DNA from: Bacteroidetes bacterium ADurb.Bin145
GTDB taxonomy: Bacteria > Bacteroidota > Bacteroidia > Bacteroidales > VadinHA17
DNA: 64,000 nucleotides
NCBI GenBank assembly: GCA_002070505.1
Contig: MWDJ01000003.1
Span: 14,103 to 78,102, forward strand
Direction of reading: 5' to 3'
In this document: piece after piece, positions 9,431 to 18,298 of the stretch
Layout of the letters: each line of letters begins with the position of its first letter
How positions within the stretch are numbered: the stretch's first letter is position 1
Made by a program: the position numbers and the translations under genes
Notes under the pieces: model-generated
Told to the model about the DNA's origin: nothing
The model's database searches: none
The model's input: the letters and a program-made list of their open reading frames with translations, nothing else

Positions 9431-10891
9431 ATGGATAAAATCAATAGACGTAAATTTATTGAAAGAGCATTATTATACAACGGTTCCATTGTTCTGGGAG
9501 GATTCTGGTTCGCTCCCACCCTGGAAAATCTTTTCTTTCAGTCTGCATCAGATTACTATCTTCCAATACAACCAAATAATCCTGCCATAGCCAGGTACGA
9601 GAAAAAATGCAAAGGCTGCCGGGAATGTATTGCTGTTTGTAAAGACGTACAGAAGGTTTACGGTAACTATAAGGCATCAAAAACACATCATGTTTGTATT
9701 CATTGCGGAGCTTGTATTTCCCATTGCACCCATGGCGCCTTGTCGGAAAAATATAACTGGCAGGATGTACTTCAGGCAATAGACGATCCTTCAAAAATTG
9801 TTATAGCATCTATCTCACCATCAGTACCTGCAGGCATTGGCGATTACTTTGGGATTCCTTCAGGTTCATACCTGTCTGAGGATATAACAGGAGCTTGCCG
9901 TAACCTGGGTTTTGACTATGTCCTGGACACCAATTTCAGTGCTGATCTTACGATAATGGAGGAAGCTCATGAGCTTCAGAAGCGTATTGAGGGAAAAGTG
10001 AATATGCCTCAGTTTACAAGCTGCTGTCCTGCCTGGGTAAAATATGTTGAGATCTTTTATCCTTCTCTTATTAATCATTTATCAACGACGAGAAGCCCGA
10101 TCGGTATGCAGGGAGCGATGGTCAAAACATATTTTGCGCAAAAGAAAGGCATTGATCCCAAGAATATTATTCATGTTGCAATAGCTCCATGTACGGCAAA
10201 AAAATACGAAATCACGCGCGAGGAACTTATGACAAACGGTCTGCGCAGTACCGATATAGCAATAACAACAAATGAGCTGGCTATTATGCTGAAATCGCGC
10301 AATGTAGAATTGTCTGCCAGAAAAGAGCCTTTTGATCAGTTCATGGGAACAGCTTCGGGAGCCGGTAAATTATTCGGAAATACCGGAGGGGTAATGAGTG
10401 CTGCAATACGTACTGCACATTTTAACATGACAGGAAAAAATCCGGCTGCTGACCTGGTGGAACTAAAACAGATCCACGGACTGGAAGGCCTGAAAACTGC
10501 TACAGTAAACATAGGAGGGAAAGCACTTAAGGTTGCTGTATGTTATGAGATGAGAAATGCCCAGATCCTTCTTGATCAGGTTGCCAGCGGTTCATGCGAA
10601 TATGATTTCATCGAAGTAATGTCATGTAAGGGCGGCTGTATAGGTGGTGCAGGACAACCCACATCCGACATCAACAACCTTGAAGCCCGGATAAAAGCTT
10701 TAAGTACAGCTGACTCACAGGCTGCTACGCGTTTCTGCCACGAAAATCCTGAGATCATCTCAATATACAAAGATTTCATCGGCAAACCGGGAGGTACAAT
10801 TTCAGAACAATATCTTCACACTCATTTTACCGATAAATCCAGCTTGCTGGAACCGATATTGGCGCAAATGCAGCTTGAACCGGCGGTCTGA
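9431..10891 (+). CDS. [FeFe]-hydrogenase, monomeric, with N-terminal twin-arginine (Tat) signal
   Basis: Tat motif NRRKFIE. Two ferredoxin-type clusters (CKGCRECIAVC, CIHCGACISHC). H-cluster motifs FTSCCPAW, APCTAKKYE and EVMSCKGGCIGGAGQP. C-terminal small-subunit-like tail (ENPEIISIYKDFIGKPGG..EQYLHTHF). Confidence 0.88.
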   Translation: MDKINRRKFIERALLYNGSIVLGGFWFAPTLENLFFQSASDYYLPIQPNNPAIARYEKKCKGCRECIAVCKDVQKVYGNYKASKTHHVCIHCGACISHCTHGALSEKYNWQDVLQAIDDPSKIVIASISPSVPAGIGDYFGIPSGSYLSEDITGACRNLGFDYVLDTNFSADLTIMEEAHELQKRIEGKVNMPQFTSCCPAWVKYVEIFYPSLINHLSTTRSPIGMQGAMVKTYFAQKKGIDPKNIIHVAIAPCTAKKYEITREELMTNGLRSTDIAITTNELAIMLKSRNVELSARKEPFDQFMGTASGAGKLFGNTGGVMSAAIRTAHFNMTGKNPAADLVELKQIHGLEGLKTATVNIGGKALKVAVCYEMRNAQILLDQVASGSCEYDFIEVMSCKGGCIGGAGQPTSDINNLEARIKALSTADSQAATRFCHENPEIISIYKDFIGKPGGTISEQYLHTHFTDKSSLLEPILAQMQLEPAV

Positions 10892-10946
10892 TCCCATCAT
10901 TCGCCAGTAACTCCTGACACCGGATATTTGCCGTCCGGTTGAAAAT

Positions 10947-12392
10947 GTGAATTCTGATAATACTGAAAGTATGAATTGTAAACTTATCAGTTACTTAAGA
11001 ATATCTGCATTGGGTCTGGCATTTTTAATAGTCCTCACCGGGTTTCTTCTTACCGAAGATCCTGACCAACCTGAAGGCATCCCGACAGGGATAAATCCGG
11101 GAAGAGTCGTATGGGCCTGGAACCCGGATGCAACAAATGAGAACTGCCTGTCAACCGCTGATAACTGCGACTGGTACTGGAAACCTGAAAACATAAATGA
11201 GGAAGTTGTGGCACGTATGTTCAGGGGTGCCTTAAATAAACTTACAGGAGACTCGCTGATCACTTCTTCATGGATTAAGCTTTTTATATACTTTAATTCC
11301 AGGAAATCAGGAATCAATAAAGGTTATTTAAAGGGAGAAAAGATCTTTATCAAAATAAACCAGGGCCAGTCGAGATGGCTCCTGACACAGGAAGAAAAAG
11401 ATAAAGGATATTATATCCCTGAAGTACTCAAACCATCTGACCAGTCCCGGAAACTGAACCTGATCCCGGTAGAGACAAATCCCTACATTGTGCTTGAACT
11501 GCTAAGGGAACTCGTAAATGAACTCGGAATTGATCAGGCTGATATTGCCGTAGGTGATCCTTTTTCTCATATTTATGGGCATAATTATGAAATCTGGTCA
11601 AGTGAATTCCCGGATGTCATTTATACTGATAAAAGCTCATCAGAACATGGCCGGACCGTTGTGAAACCGTCAGAAACTGACCTGATACATTTCTCAGATA
11701 AAAGTTACTCAGATAGAATTTATGATGTCGTCGAGCAAGCTGATTATATTATCAATGTCGCTAATTTACGCACACATGGTGCTGCATTGATCTCTTTCAC
11801 TGCAAAAGGTCATCTTGGAAGCATCACAAGCGAGACTGAAAGATTGCTTCACTACTCACACCTGGCAAAGAGAAAAGATGGTGCAGCTTATGAGGGTTAC
11901 AAAAAGTACAGGGCACTTGTAGATATAATGGGCAGCAGATATCTCGGACAAAACACTATGCTGAATATTGTTGACGCTTTGTTTGGCGGAGGATCAGACG
12001 AAACAAAAGGACCTGTAAAATATTTTATGCCCCCCTTCAACAACGACTGGTGCAACTCACTCTTTCTGTCTCAGGATCAGGTTGCTATCGAATCGGTCTG
12101 TTACGATTTCATGCGATCTGAATGGAACGGGGTCAATAAGCACAGTCCTATAAACAACAGATGGGAGATCTTACCTGACCGTGACGGAATTGATGATTAC
12201 CTTCATCAGGCTGCAGACAGTAAAAACTGGCCGGAGGGATTGATCTACGACCCCGACAGAAGCGGAAAGCCTCTGTCAAGCCTGGGAGTGCATGAACACT
12301 GGAATGATCCGGAGAAAAAACAATACTCGCGTAATACGGGAAAACTGTCAGGAATTGAGCTTATCTCAATACCTGACAGCCTTGTAAATTAA
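10947..12392 (+). CDS. DUF362-like protein, single N-terminal anchor (paralog of 6483..8234)
   Basis: Shares GI.PGRVVW.WNPDATNE, IF.KINQGQSRW, VLELLRELVNE.G, YDVVE.ADY.IN, GPVKYFMPPFNNDWCNSLFLS, GVHEHWN...KQYSRN with the 6483 ORF. The start is uncertain (GTG at 10947 or ATG at 10971). Confidence 0.55.
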   Translation: MNSDNTESMNCKLISYLRISALGLAFLIVLTGFLLTEDPDQPEGIPTGINPGRVVWAWNPDATNENCLSTADNCDWYWKPENINEEVVARMFRGALNKLTGDSLITSSWIKLFIYFNSRKSGINKGYLKGEKIFIKINQGQSRWLLTQEEKDKGYYIPEVLKPSDQSRKLNLIPVETNPYIVLELLRELVNELGIDQADIAVGDPFSHIYGHNYEIWSSEFPDVIYTDKSSSEHGRTVVKPSETDLIHFSDKSYSDRIYDVVEQADYIINVANLRTHGAALISFTAKGHLGSITSETERLLHYSHLAKRKDGAAYEGYKKYRALVDIMGSRYLGQNTMLNIVDALFGGGSDETKGPVKYFMPPFNNDWCNSLFLSQDQVAIESVCYDFMRSEWNGVNKHSPINNRWEILPDRDGIDDYLHQAADSKNWPEGLIYDPDRSGKPLSSLGVHEHWNDPEKKQYSRNTGKLSGIELISIPDSLVN

Positions 12393-12410
12393 AATGAATG
12401 CAGGAACAGT

Positions 12411-13694
12411 TTATATATTTTCTGTCACTTTTAAAATTTTCAGTCCGCCCAGTCCTGTAGCAACGAATACATAATTATCTGATGCCTCGACGAAATTGAC
12501 TGAGGCACCAAGATCTATATTACCTAACAGAGTCAGGTTCCCTTTAAGATCCATTTTAGCAATATCAAGTCCTGCCGCTCCATTTGCTATATACACCCAT
12601 CCGCCATTAGCTATTGATACCCCGTTTGTAACATAGTCCCATTCCTTAGCCTCATCCTGAATGACAGGCCTTGGCAATGCAGAAACCGGAACTGAAGATG
12701 AGATATTCAGATTGAAGCATTTAAGACCATCTTCTCCCAAAGCAACGAGTGCAAAATTACCAGTACATTTTGTGCCTTTAGTAACAATGGTGCCTCCTGT
12801 TTCGTAGCACAATCTTACTATTGATTTAGCTTCCGGATCAGTTGCCCCTCCGATTTCTGAATCCCATACACCCGGGCCATAAAGGTGTCCGGGATTTCCA
12901 CCCAGCGCTACAGTGTAATTTTTGTTGACATCAACAGAACGTGCATTCTCGATGCTGTAGAAATTCAATTCACTCAATTCCTTATTAAGTACTGTTAATC
13001 CTCCGCCTGTACCGGATGTAATATAGATCTTATCCTTAAAGAACCTTACATCTGTTCCCACATAACCTTTTAAATCAAATACCTGCCTTGGATTATTGTT
13101 TTGCTCAAACTGGTTGTCTGCATTGAGAGTCATTCTCTCTGCGATTGCAGGAGACGTCAGAAGCGGGTTCCCTTCTTCTGCCCCGGCAAACCACAGAAAA
13201 TTATTGAAGCCGGGAACTTTTGGTTCTATATCGATAGAGCTGACATCTTTACCAAAATTGGTTTCCGGATTTATAAATATTACGTTTGAAATTAATTTAG
13301 GATCAGTAGCGGGATTAATGTCAACTATATCGATACCTCCCAGATATCTCTCTCCCTGGGTATTATAACCTATATAAGCAAATCCGTCAGTTATCCTTAT
13401 ATGCGATGCCTGCAGCGTCTCCTTTTTATACCTGGGGGATTCCAGGTCAGCAATTACTTGAATATCTATTGAAGAAGCCAGGCTTCCTTTCAAATCCGGA
13501 TCCGGATCATAAAAAGTATACAAAAGAGGACTCTTAGTAAATTCGATCCTTTCATTCAGAGATATTAAGTTATTGTCTATAATCTTACCATCATTTGAAC
13601 CTTCAGAGGAAAAAGGATCAATTGTTTCGTTTTTTTCACAGCTTATCAATGCAACCAGTAGTGTTGTAAATACCAGCCATAAAATCTTTTTCAT
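12411..13694 (-). CDS. lipoprotein, predicted beta-propeller-like repeat protein (function unknown)
   Basis: Lipobox LVALISCEK. The repetitive beta-rich sequence has recurring G..G(L/I).(I/V) strand motifs. No catalytic motif recognised. Confidence 0.35.
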   Translation of the reverse strand: MKKILWLVFTTLLVALISCEKNETIDPFSSEGSNDGKIIDNNLISLNERIEFTKSPLLYTFYDPDPDLKGSLASSIDIQVIADLESPRYKKETLQASHIRITDGFAYIGYNTQGERYLGGIDIVDINPATDPKLISNVIFINPETNFGKDVSSIDIEPKVPGFNNFLWFAGAEEGNPLLTSPAIAERMTLNADNQFEQNNNPRQVFDLKGYVGTDVRFFKDKIYITSGTGGGLTVLNKELSELNFYSIENARSVDVNKNYTVALGGNPGHLYGPGVWDSEIGGATDPEAKSIVRLCYETGGTIVTKGTKCTGNFALVALGEDGLKCFNLNISSSVPVSALPRPVIQDEAKEWDYVTNGVSIANGGWVYIANGAAGLDIAKMDLKGNLTLLGNIDLGASVNFVEASDNYVFVATGLGGLKILKVTENI

Positions 13695-14000
13695 CGCTTT
13701 ACTTTTAATTTATTCTTGTTGTTTTGTAATTTCAATAAATAATGATCTGCGTAATAAAAGTTTCTTACAATATCATCAGAGACAAAATTATGATAAAATA
13801 ATACTCTCTGCAAATAGCTAATGCCCATTTAGTGGGCTTATGAGATGGTTTTGGAAGGTGTCCGTCAATGAAATCAGGCGGATCAATTCCGGGTGAATTC
13901 AATTAATAAACAAAAAAGGCTTATTCATCAAAATCACAGGAATTTTTGACAAATATTGATTCTCAGGAGGTATAATTCTGCATTCTTTCAGTTGTGATTA

Positions 14001-14411
14001 TTAACTCGATTTAGGAACAAAAATAAATTTCATTCCCAGAAGGTTCGAAAAATCAACACCCGCTTCTTCCATATCGGTATCCCCTTCATCATAGCACCAT
14101 TCAACGTTAACAGGGATATTTGCCTTATGAAGCTTCTCAAGCTCAGATAAAAGATCAAAAAAGAATTTTGCAGAAGATGAATTAAAATATGAAAGATTAA
14201 ACCGAAATCTTAGCGGATTATCATTATTGTAGATTTTCGAACCATCGGACAGTAATTCCTCAATGAATTTATTGATCCATTCTATAACAGGATAATACAT
14301 CATACGGACATCTTCAGGAGATGATGTTCCCTCGATTACAAATATATTCTTATCCGGGATGAATTTTATTGAAGGAGTTCTTTGTCCTGGTTCTATTATA
14401 AAATCCTGCAT
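14001..14411 (-). CDS. DUF1987 / SiaC-like small regulatory protein
   Basis: I.PGQRTPSIKF.PDKNIFVIEGTSSPEDV..YYPVIEWI..F and ...F.LSYFNSSSAKFFFDLL..L match the DUF1987 fold family. Paralog at 14715. Confidence 0.6.
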   Translation of the reverse strand: MQDFIIEPGQRTPSIKFIPDKNIFVIEGTSSPEDVRMMYYPVIEWINKFIEELLSDGSKIYNNDNPLRFRFNLSYFNSSSAKFFFDLLSELEKLHKANIPVNVEWCYDEGDTDMEEAGVDFSNLLGMKFIFVPKSS

Positions 14412-14527
14412 TTACTTTAATCTTTATTTAAATAAACAAATTTAATTTTTACAGATAATTACAAAATTAAAAATTCTTCGATATCCTTTGGTAAGCCTTT
14501 CCATGTTTTTCAATACTCAAGCTCTTT

Positions 14528-14558
14528 CAAAAAAAACCGGCTTCTGGCCGGTTTTTTT
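14528..14558. terminator. bidirectional rho-independent terminator hairpin
   Basis: An A-run, the stem CCGGC / GCCGG around a 5-nt loop, and a T-run (aaaaaaaaccggcttctggccggtttttttt), immediately 3' of the minus-strand tRNA-Gln. Confidence 0.6.
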
Positions 14559-14559
14559 T

Positions 14560-14632
14560 GTTGACCCACCTGGGCTCGAACCAGGACTCTGCGGAACCAA
14601 AATCCGACGTGTTGCCAATTACACCATGGGTC
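14560..14632 (-). tRNA. tRNA-Gln (anticodon UUG)
   Basis: Hand-folded cloverleaf on the minus strand. Acceptor TGACCCA/TGGGTCA with the U1-A72 pair typical of bacterial tRNA-Gln, D arm GTGT/ACAC, anticodon loop TTTTGGT (UUG), T arm CCTGG-TTCGAGC-CCAGG. CCA is not encoded. Confidence 0.9.
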
Positions 14633-14714
14633 AATGAGATATATTCCAACGATGCAAAGCTAAATAAAATTTTTGTGATAGCGATTTTATCAGGCAAATC
14701 GGCTCTGTCGCGTA

Positions 14715-15137
14715 TCAGCTGTCCGTCAGTGATACTTCCTCGTAAAACCGGTCATTCATCGAGTTTACCTCGATAAAAGAGAAAGGACAATTCACAAGAG
14801 ATCTTATAATAAGGCCCAGCTCACACATATCCTCATCCCCTCTTTCAAAATGCCAGCGTATCTCAACATTTTCTGCAAGCTGCCTTTTTGCCGATAACTC
14901 TCTCAATATTATATAAAGCCATTTCGTCGATCCGGTGTTGATATATTCAAATCCCAGATCGATCTTCGTCTTTCCTGTCCATGACTTACTAAATTCCCTG
15001 ATCCAATTGATGACCGGCTCATAGAAAGTAGAAGGATTTTCAATTATCGACCGTCCCATTATAAAGATCCTTTCGTTATTCATGACAACCTTCGGAGATC
15101 TCCTTGTTTGTTTTATTTTTAATGTATCAGGGTACAT
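14715..15137 (-). CDS. DUF1987 / SiaC-like small regulatory protein (second paralog)
   Basis: RRSPKVVMNNERIFIMGRSIIENPSTFYEPVINWIREF...FEYINTGSTKWLYIILRELS has the same architecture as 14001..14411. Confidence 0.6.
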   Translation of the reverse strand: MYPDTLKIKQTRRSPKVVMNNERIFIMGRSIIENPSTFYEPVINWIREFSKSWTGKTKIDLGFEYINTGSTKWLYIILRELSAKRQLAENVEIRWHFERGDEDMCELGLIIRSLVNCPFSFIEVNSMNDRFYEEVSLTDS

Positions 15138-15243
15138 AGATATGGAATGCCACCATCAATAATTTAAAACTAAAATAATCTATTGCCTTTTCCGGTTTAT
15201 TAGTAGTATGTAAAATTAAAAAAAGAGGAAGATTATGCAAATT

Positions 15244-15477
15244 TTATTTGGAGGTTTCCTGATTGAACAGGGAGGGTTCTTCCCATAATGTCGGGTGTTC
15301 GTCTTCAAATCTCTTAAGGATAGCTCTCATCACTGTTTCCCTGAAAAATTCAGAACGGTTCTTAACCCTGTAGCGTTCGCAATAGATGCCCAGGGCTTTC
15401 AACTCCCTGTTATTCAGCATCACTGAAAGCTTGTTGGTTCTTTTCAACTTCTCTTCCTTGTATGTTGAATGCCTCAC
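15244..15477 (-). CDS. small putative ribbon-helix-helix DNA-binding protein
   Basis: KLSVMLNNRELKALGIYCERYRVKNRSEFFRETVMRAIL fits a beta-strand/helix/helix RHH pattern. Assignment rests on pattern only. Confidence 0.35.
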   Translation of the reverse strand: MRHSTYKEEKLKRTNKLSVMLNNRELKALGIYCERYRVKNRSEFFRETVMRAILKRFEDEHPTLWEEPSLFNQETSK

Positions 15478-15562
15478 GAAATGGCGATTTCTGATTTCAT
15501 GTTAAAAATAAAAAATCGGGACATCAGAACGCGACAGAATTCAAAGAGTTTGTTAACAGAAT

Positions 15563-15591
15563 AAAAAAAGCCAGATTCTAATTATCTGGCT
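15563..15591 (-). terminator. rho-independent terminator downstream of fba
   Basis: 8-bp stem AGCCAGAT/ATCTGGCT with a 7-nt loop. On the minus strand a T-run (plus-strand A-run 15563-15569) follows it, about 80 bp after the fba stop. Confidence 0.6.
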
Positions 15592-15670
15592 TTCTGTGTG
15601 TTAATATATTTAAAACTTTATCTCATGTATATCCCCTTGTATCTCCCGTGATATTTCCACTCTTCCTGTT

Positions 15671-16642
15671 TCATGCTTTGCCCGCACTACCCAGTACATT
15701 GATTATCTTATGCTTGTACAACTCTTTAAGTTTATCGCGGGCCGGACCAAGATAGTTTCGCGGATCAAATTCACCGGGTTTTTCTACAAACACTTTCCGG
15801 ATTGCAGCAGTCATTGCTAACCGCCCGTCGCTGTCGATATTGATCTTGCAGACAGCTGAACTTGCTGCACGTCTCAGCTGATCTTCAGATACGCCGGCAG
15901 TATTCTCCATTTTCCCTCCATATTTATTGATCTCATCGACAATATCCTGGGGAACAGATGAAGCTCCATGAAGTACAATTGGAAATCCCGGGATACGCCG
16001 TTCACATTCTTCGAGAATGTCGAAACGCAATGGAGGAGGAAGCTCTCCCGGTTTAACCTTGAATTTAAAAGCCCCGTGCGATGTGCCTATTGAGATGGCA
16101 AGTGAGTCAACGCCTGTTTTCTTTACAAAATCCTCTACCTCCTCGGGTCTTGTATATGATGTGTGTTCAGAAGATACTTCATCTTCAATGCCGGCAAGTA
16201 CTCCAAGCTCACCTTCCACAGTGACATCAAATTTATGAGCAAGCTCAACAACCTGCCTGGTTACCCTTACATTCTCCTCATACGGAAAATGTGATCCGTC
16301 GATCATTACAGAAGAAAACCCGGTTTCAATACATGATTTACATGTCTCGAATGAATCACCATGGTCAAGGTGAAGAACAATAGGTACCGGATACCCCAAT
16401 TCCTTTGAATATTCCACTGCCCCTTTTGCCAGGTACTGAAGAAGTGTCTGATTGGCATATTTTCTTGCACCCTTTGAGACCTGAAGTATCACCGGGGATT
16501 TCGTTTCAACGCAGGCCCCGATTATTGCCTGCATCTGCTCGAGATTATTAAAATTAAATGCCGGAATGGCATATCCGCCCCTGATTGCATCCTTGAATAA
16601 TTCTCTCGAATTTACAAGGCCTAACTCTTTATAATGTAACAT
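15671..16642 (-). CDS. fba: class II fructose-1,6-bisphosphate aldolase
   Basis: GYAIPAFNFNNLEQ, VILQVSKGA, LHLDHG, MIDGSH, ISIGTSHGAFKF and VLHGASSVP are canonical class II FBA blocks. Confidence 0.92.
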   Translation of the reverse strand: MLHYKELGLVNSRELFKDAIRGGYAIPAFNFNNLEQMQAIIGACVETKSPVILQVSKGARKYANQTLLQYLAKGAVEYSKELGYPVPIVLHLDHGDSFETCKSCIETGFSSVMIDGSHFPYEENVRVTRQVVELAHKFDVTVEGELGVLAGIEDEVSSEHTSYTRPEEVEDFVKKTGVDSLAISIGTSHGAFKFKVKPGELPPPLRFDILEECERRIPGFPIVLHGASSVPQDIVDEINKYGGKMENTAGVSEDQLRRAASSAVCKINIDSDGRLAMTAAIRKVFVEKPGEFDPRNYLGPARDKLKELYKHKIINVLGSAGKA

Positions 16643-16917
16643 AACTTTAATGAACTTAAAATGCGGCGAAAGATAATTATTTTAGCTTTAGGGTCAAAAG
16701 TTTTTTCTGCAACAGCTCTTCCTGATCAGGGAAAAACAAGATATAATGCACCTTTTAACCGAATTCTTCATGAGGAATGAAGATATTATGTAACTTCGTA
16801 ATTTTATTTTTTGAATTATAATAGCTGAATGTAATTTAGATTTGATGCAGCGCTGAAAGAATATTCACGTATTTATAATTGAATCACGAAGCGATCGTAG
16901 TTAAATAATCAAACAAG

Positions 16918-18279
16918 ATGAGAAAACTTTTCTCTTTCATTCTTACCTGGCTAATTATATCTCCGGGAGTAATATTTTCTCAGGAGAAGTTATGGTCTCT
17001 TGAAGAATGTATAAGATATGCAATTGATAATAATATTCAGATCAAGCAACAGGTCCTCCAAACCAGGTACCAGGAAAACATACTTTTACAGTCGAAGCTG
17101 AACCTGTTACCAACCCTTAACGGGCAGGCAACCCATAATTATTCTTTCGGACGTGCTCTCGATGAAACAACCTATGAATATACCGAGAACCAGAATATCC
17201 AGTCAAACAGCTTCTACGCCGGAGGAAATCTGAATCTGTTCAGGGGGCTTCAGAATTTTAACACTATCAAAAGGAATGAATATCAGCTTCTTGCAAGTGA
17301 ACTGGATCTTGAGACAATAAAGAACAGTATCTCAATGAATATTGCTCTCGCCTATCTTCAGATACTTCTGAACAGGGAACTTGTTTCAGCAACAGAGAAT
17401 CAGCTCCAGATAACAAAACAGCAGATAGACAAAACAAACAAGATGTTCATTGCCGGGAGTGTGGCCAAAGGGAATCTCCTTCAAATAGAAGCCCAGGCGG
17501 CAAGTGAAGAATTACAGCTAATAAATCTGAAAAACCAGCTGGACATATCGTACCTTACCATTACCCAGATGCTTGAACTTGGATCTCCTGCAGGTTTTCA
17601 GATTGTGATCCCGGAAATACAGATTGACACAAATACACTCATATCGGAAAATGTAGATGATATTTTTGACCTTGCCCTGAAAACCCGGCCCGAAATAAAA
17701 AGTGCTGAAATGAATCTTACAGCCAGCGAATATGATCTTAAAATAGCCAACGGAGGCAGGAGTCCGAGCCTGTCAATGAATCATTCTGTTACAACACGTT
17801 ATTCCGATATTGCAATTAAGATGAGCAACCCCACTGAAAACTACAAGTTCTCCGAACAGTTGAATGACAATCTGAATTACGGAGTGGGGTTTTCTCTTTC
17901 AATCCCGATACTTAACGGATGGCAGGTCAACAGGAATATCGCTAATTCGAGGATTTCGATAGAGAACAGCCGTTATGCGCTTGAAGGAGAAAGGAAAAAC
18001 CTCTATAAGAATATCCAGCAGGCTCTTGCTGATGCAACAGCCGCATTAAAGAAGTACACAGCCAGTATAAAAGCTGTCGCTTCCATGGAAGAGTCTTTCA
18101 GGTATACCGAACAGAAATTCAATGTGGGGATGGTGACACCTGTTGATTATAATGCAGCTAAGACACAGCTTCTTAATGCACAGTCGGATATGTCGCAGGC
18201 TAAATATGAATATGTCTTCAAAACGAAAGTTCTTGATTTCTATAAAGGATTACCACTCAATTTGAATCAAATAAAATAA
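16918..18279 (+). CDS. TolC-family outer membrane efflux protein
   Basis: Signal peptide. LSLEECIRYAIDNNIQIK start and duplicated coiled-coil/beta-barrel repeat architecture. Length is about 450 aa and the gene is followed by an adaptor subunit. Confidence 0.85.
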   Translation: MRKLFSFILTWLIISPGVIFSQEKLWSLEECIRYAIDNNIQIKQQVLQTRYQENILLQSKLNLLPTLNGQATHNYSFGRALDETTYEYTENQNIQSNSFYAGGNLNLFRGLQNFNTIKRNEYQLLASELDLETIKNSISMNIALAYLQILLNRELVSATENQLQITKQQIDKTNKMFIAGSVAKGNLLQIEAQAASEELQLINLKNQLDISYLTITQMLELGSPAGFQIVIPEIQIDTNTLISENVDDIFDLALKTRPEIKSAEMNLTASEYDLKIANGGRSPSLSMNHSVTTRYSDIAIKMSNPTENYKFSEQLNDNLNYGVGFSLSIPILNGWQVNRNIANSRISIENSRYALEGERKNLYKNIQQALADATAALKKYTASIKAVASMEESFRYTEQKFNVGMVTPVDYNAAKTQLLNAQSDMSQAKYEYVFKTKVLDFYKGLPLNLNQIK

Positions 18280-18298
18280 TCATATCAGGTCTTATACC

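Noticed and set aside
12411-13694. A specific LVIVD-repeat or enzymatic assignment for the 427-aa lipoprotein.
   Set aside because: I can see only generic beta-propeller-like periodicity. No diagnostic repeat consensus or catalytic motif could be confirmed by eye.
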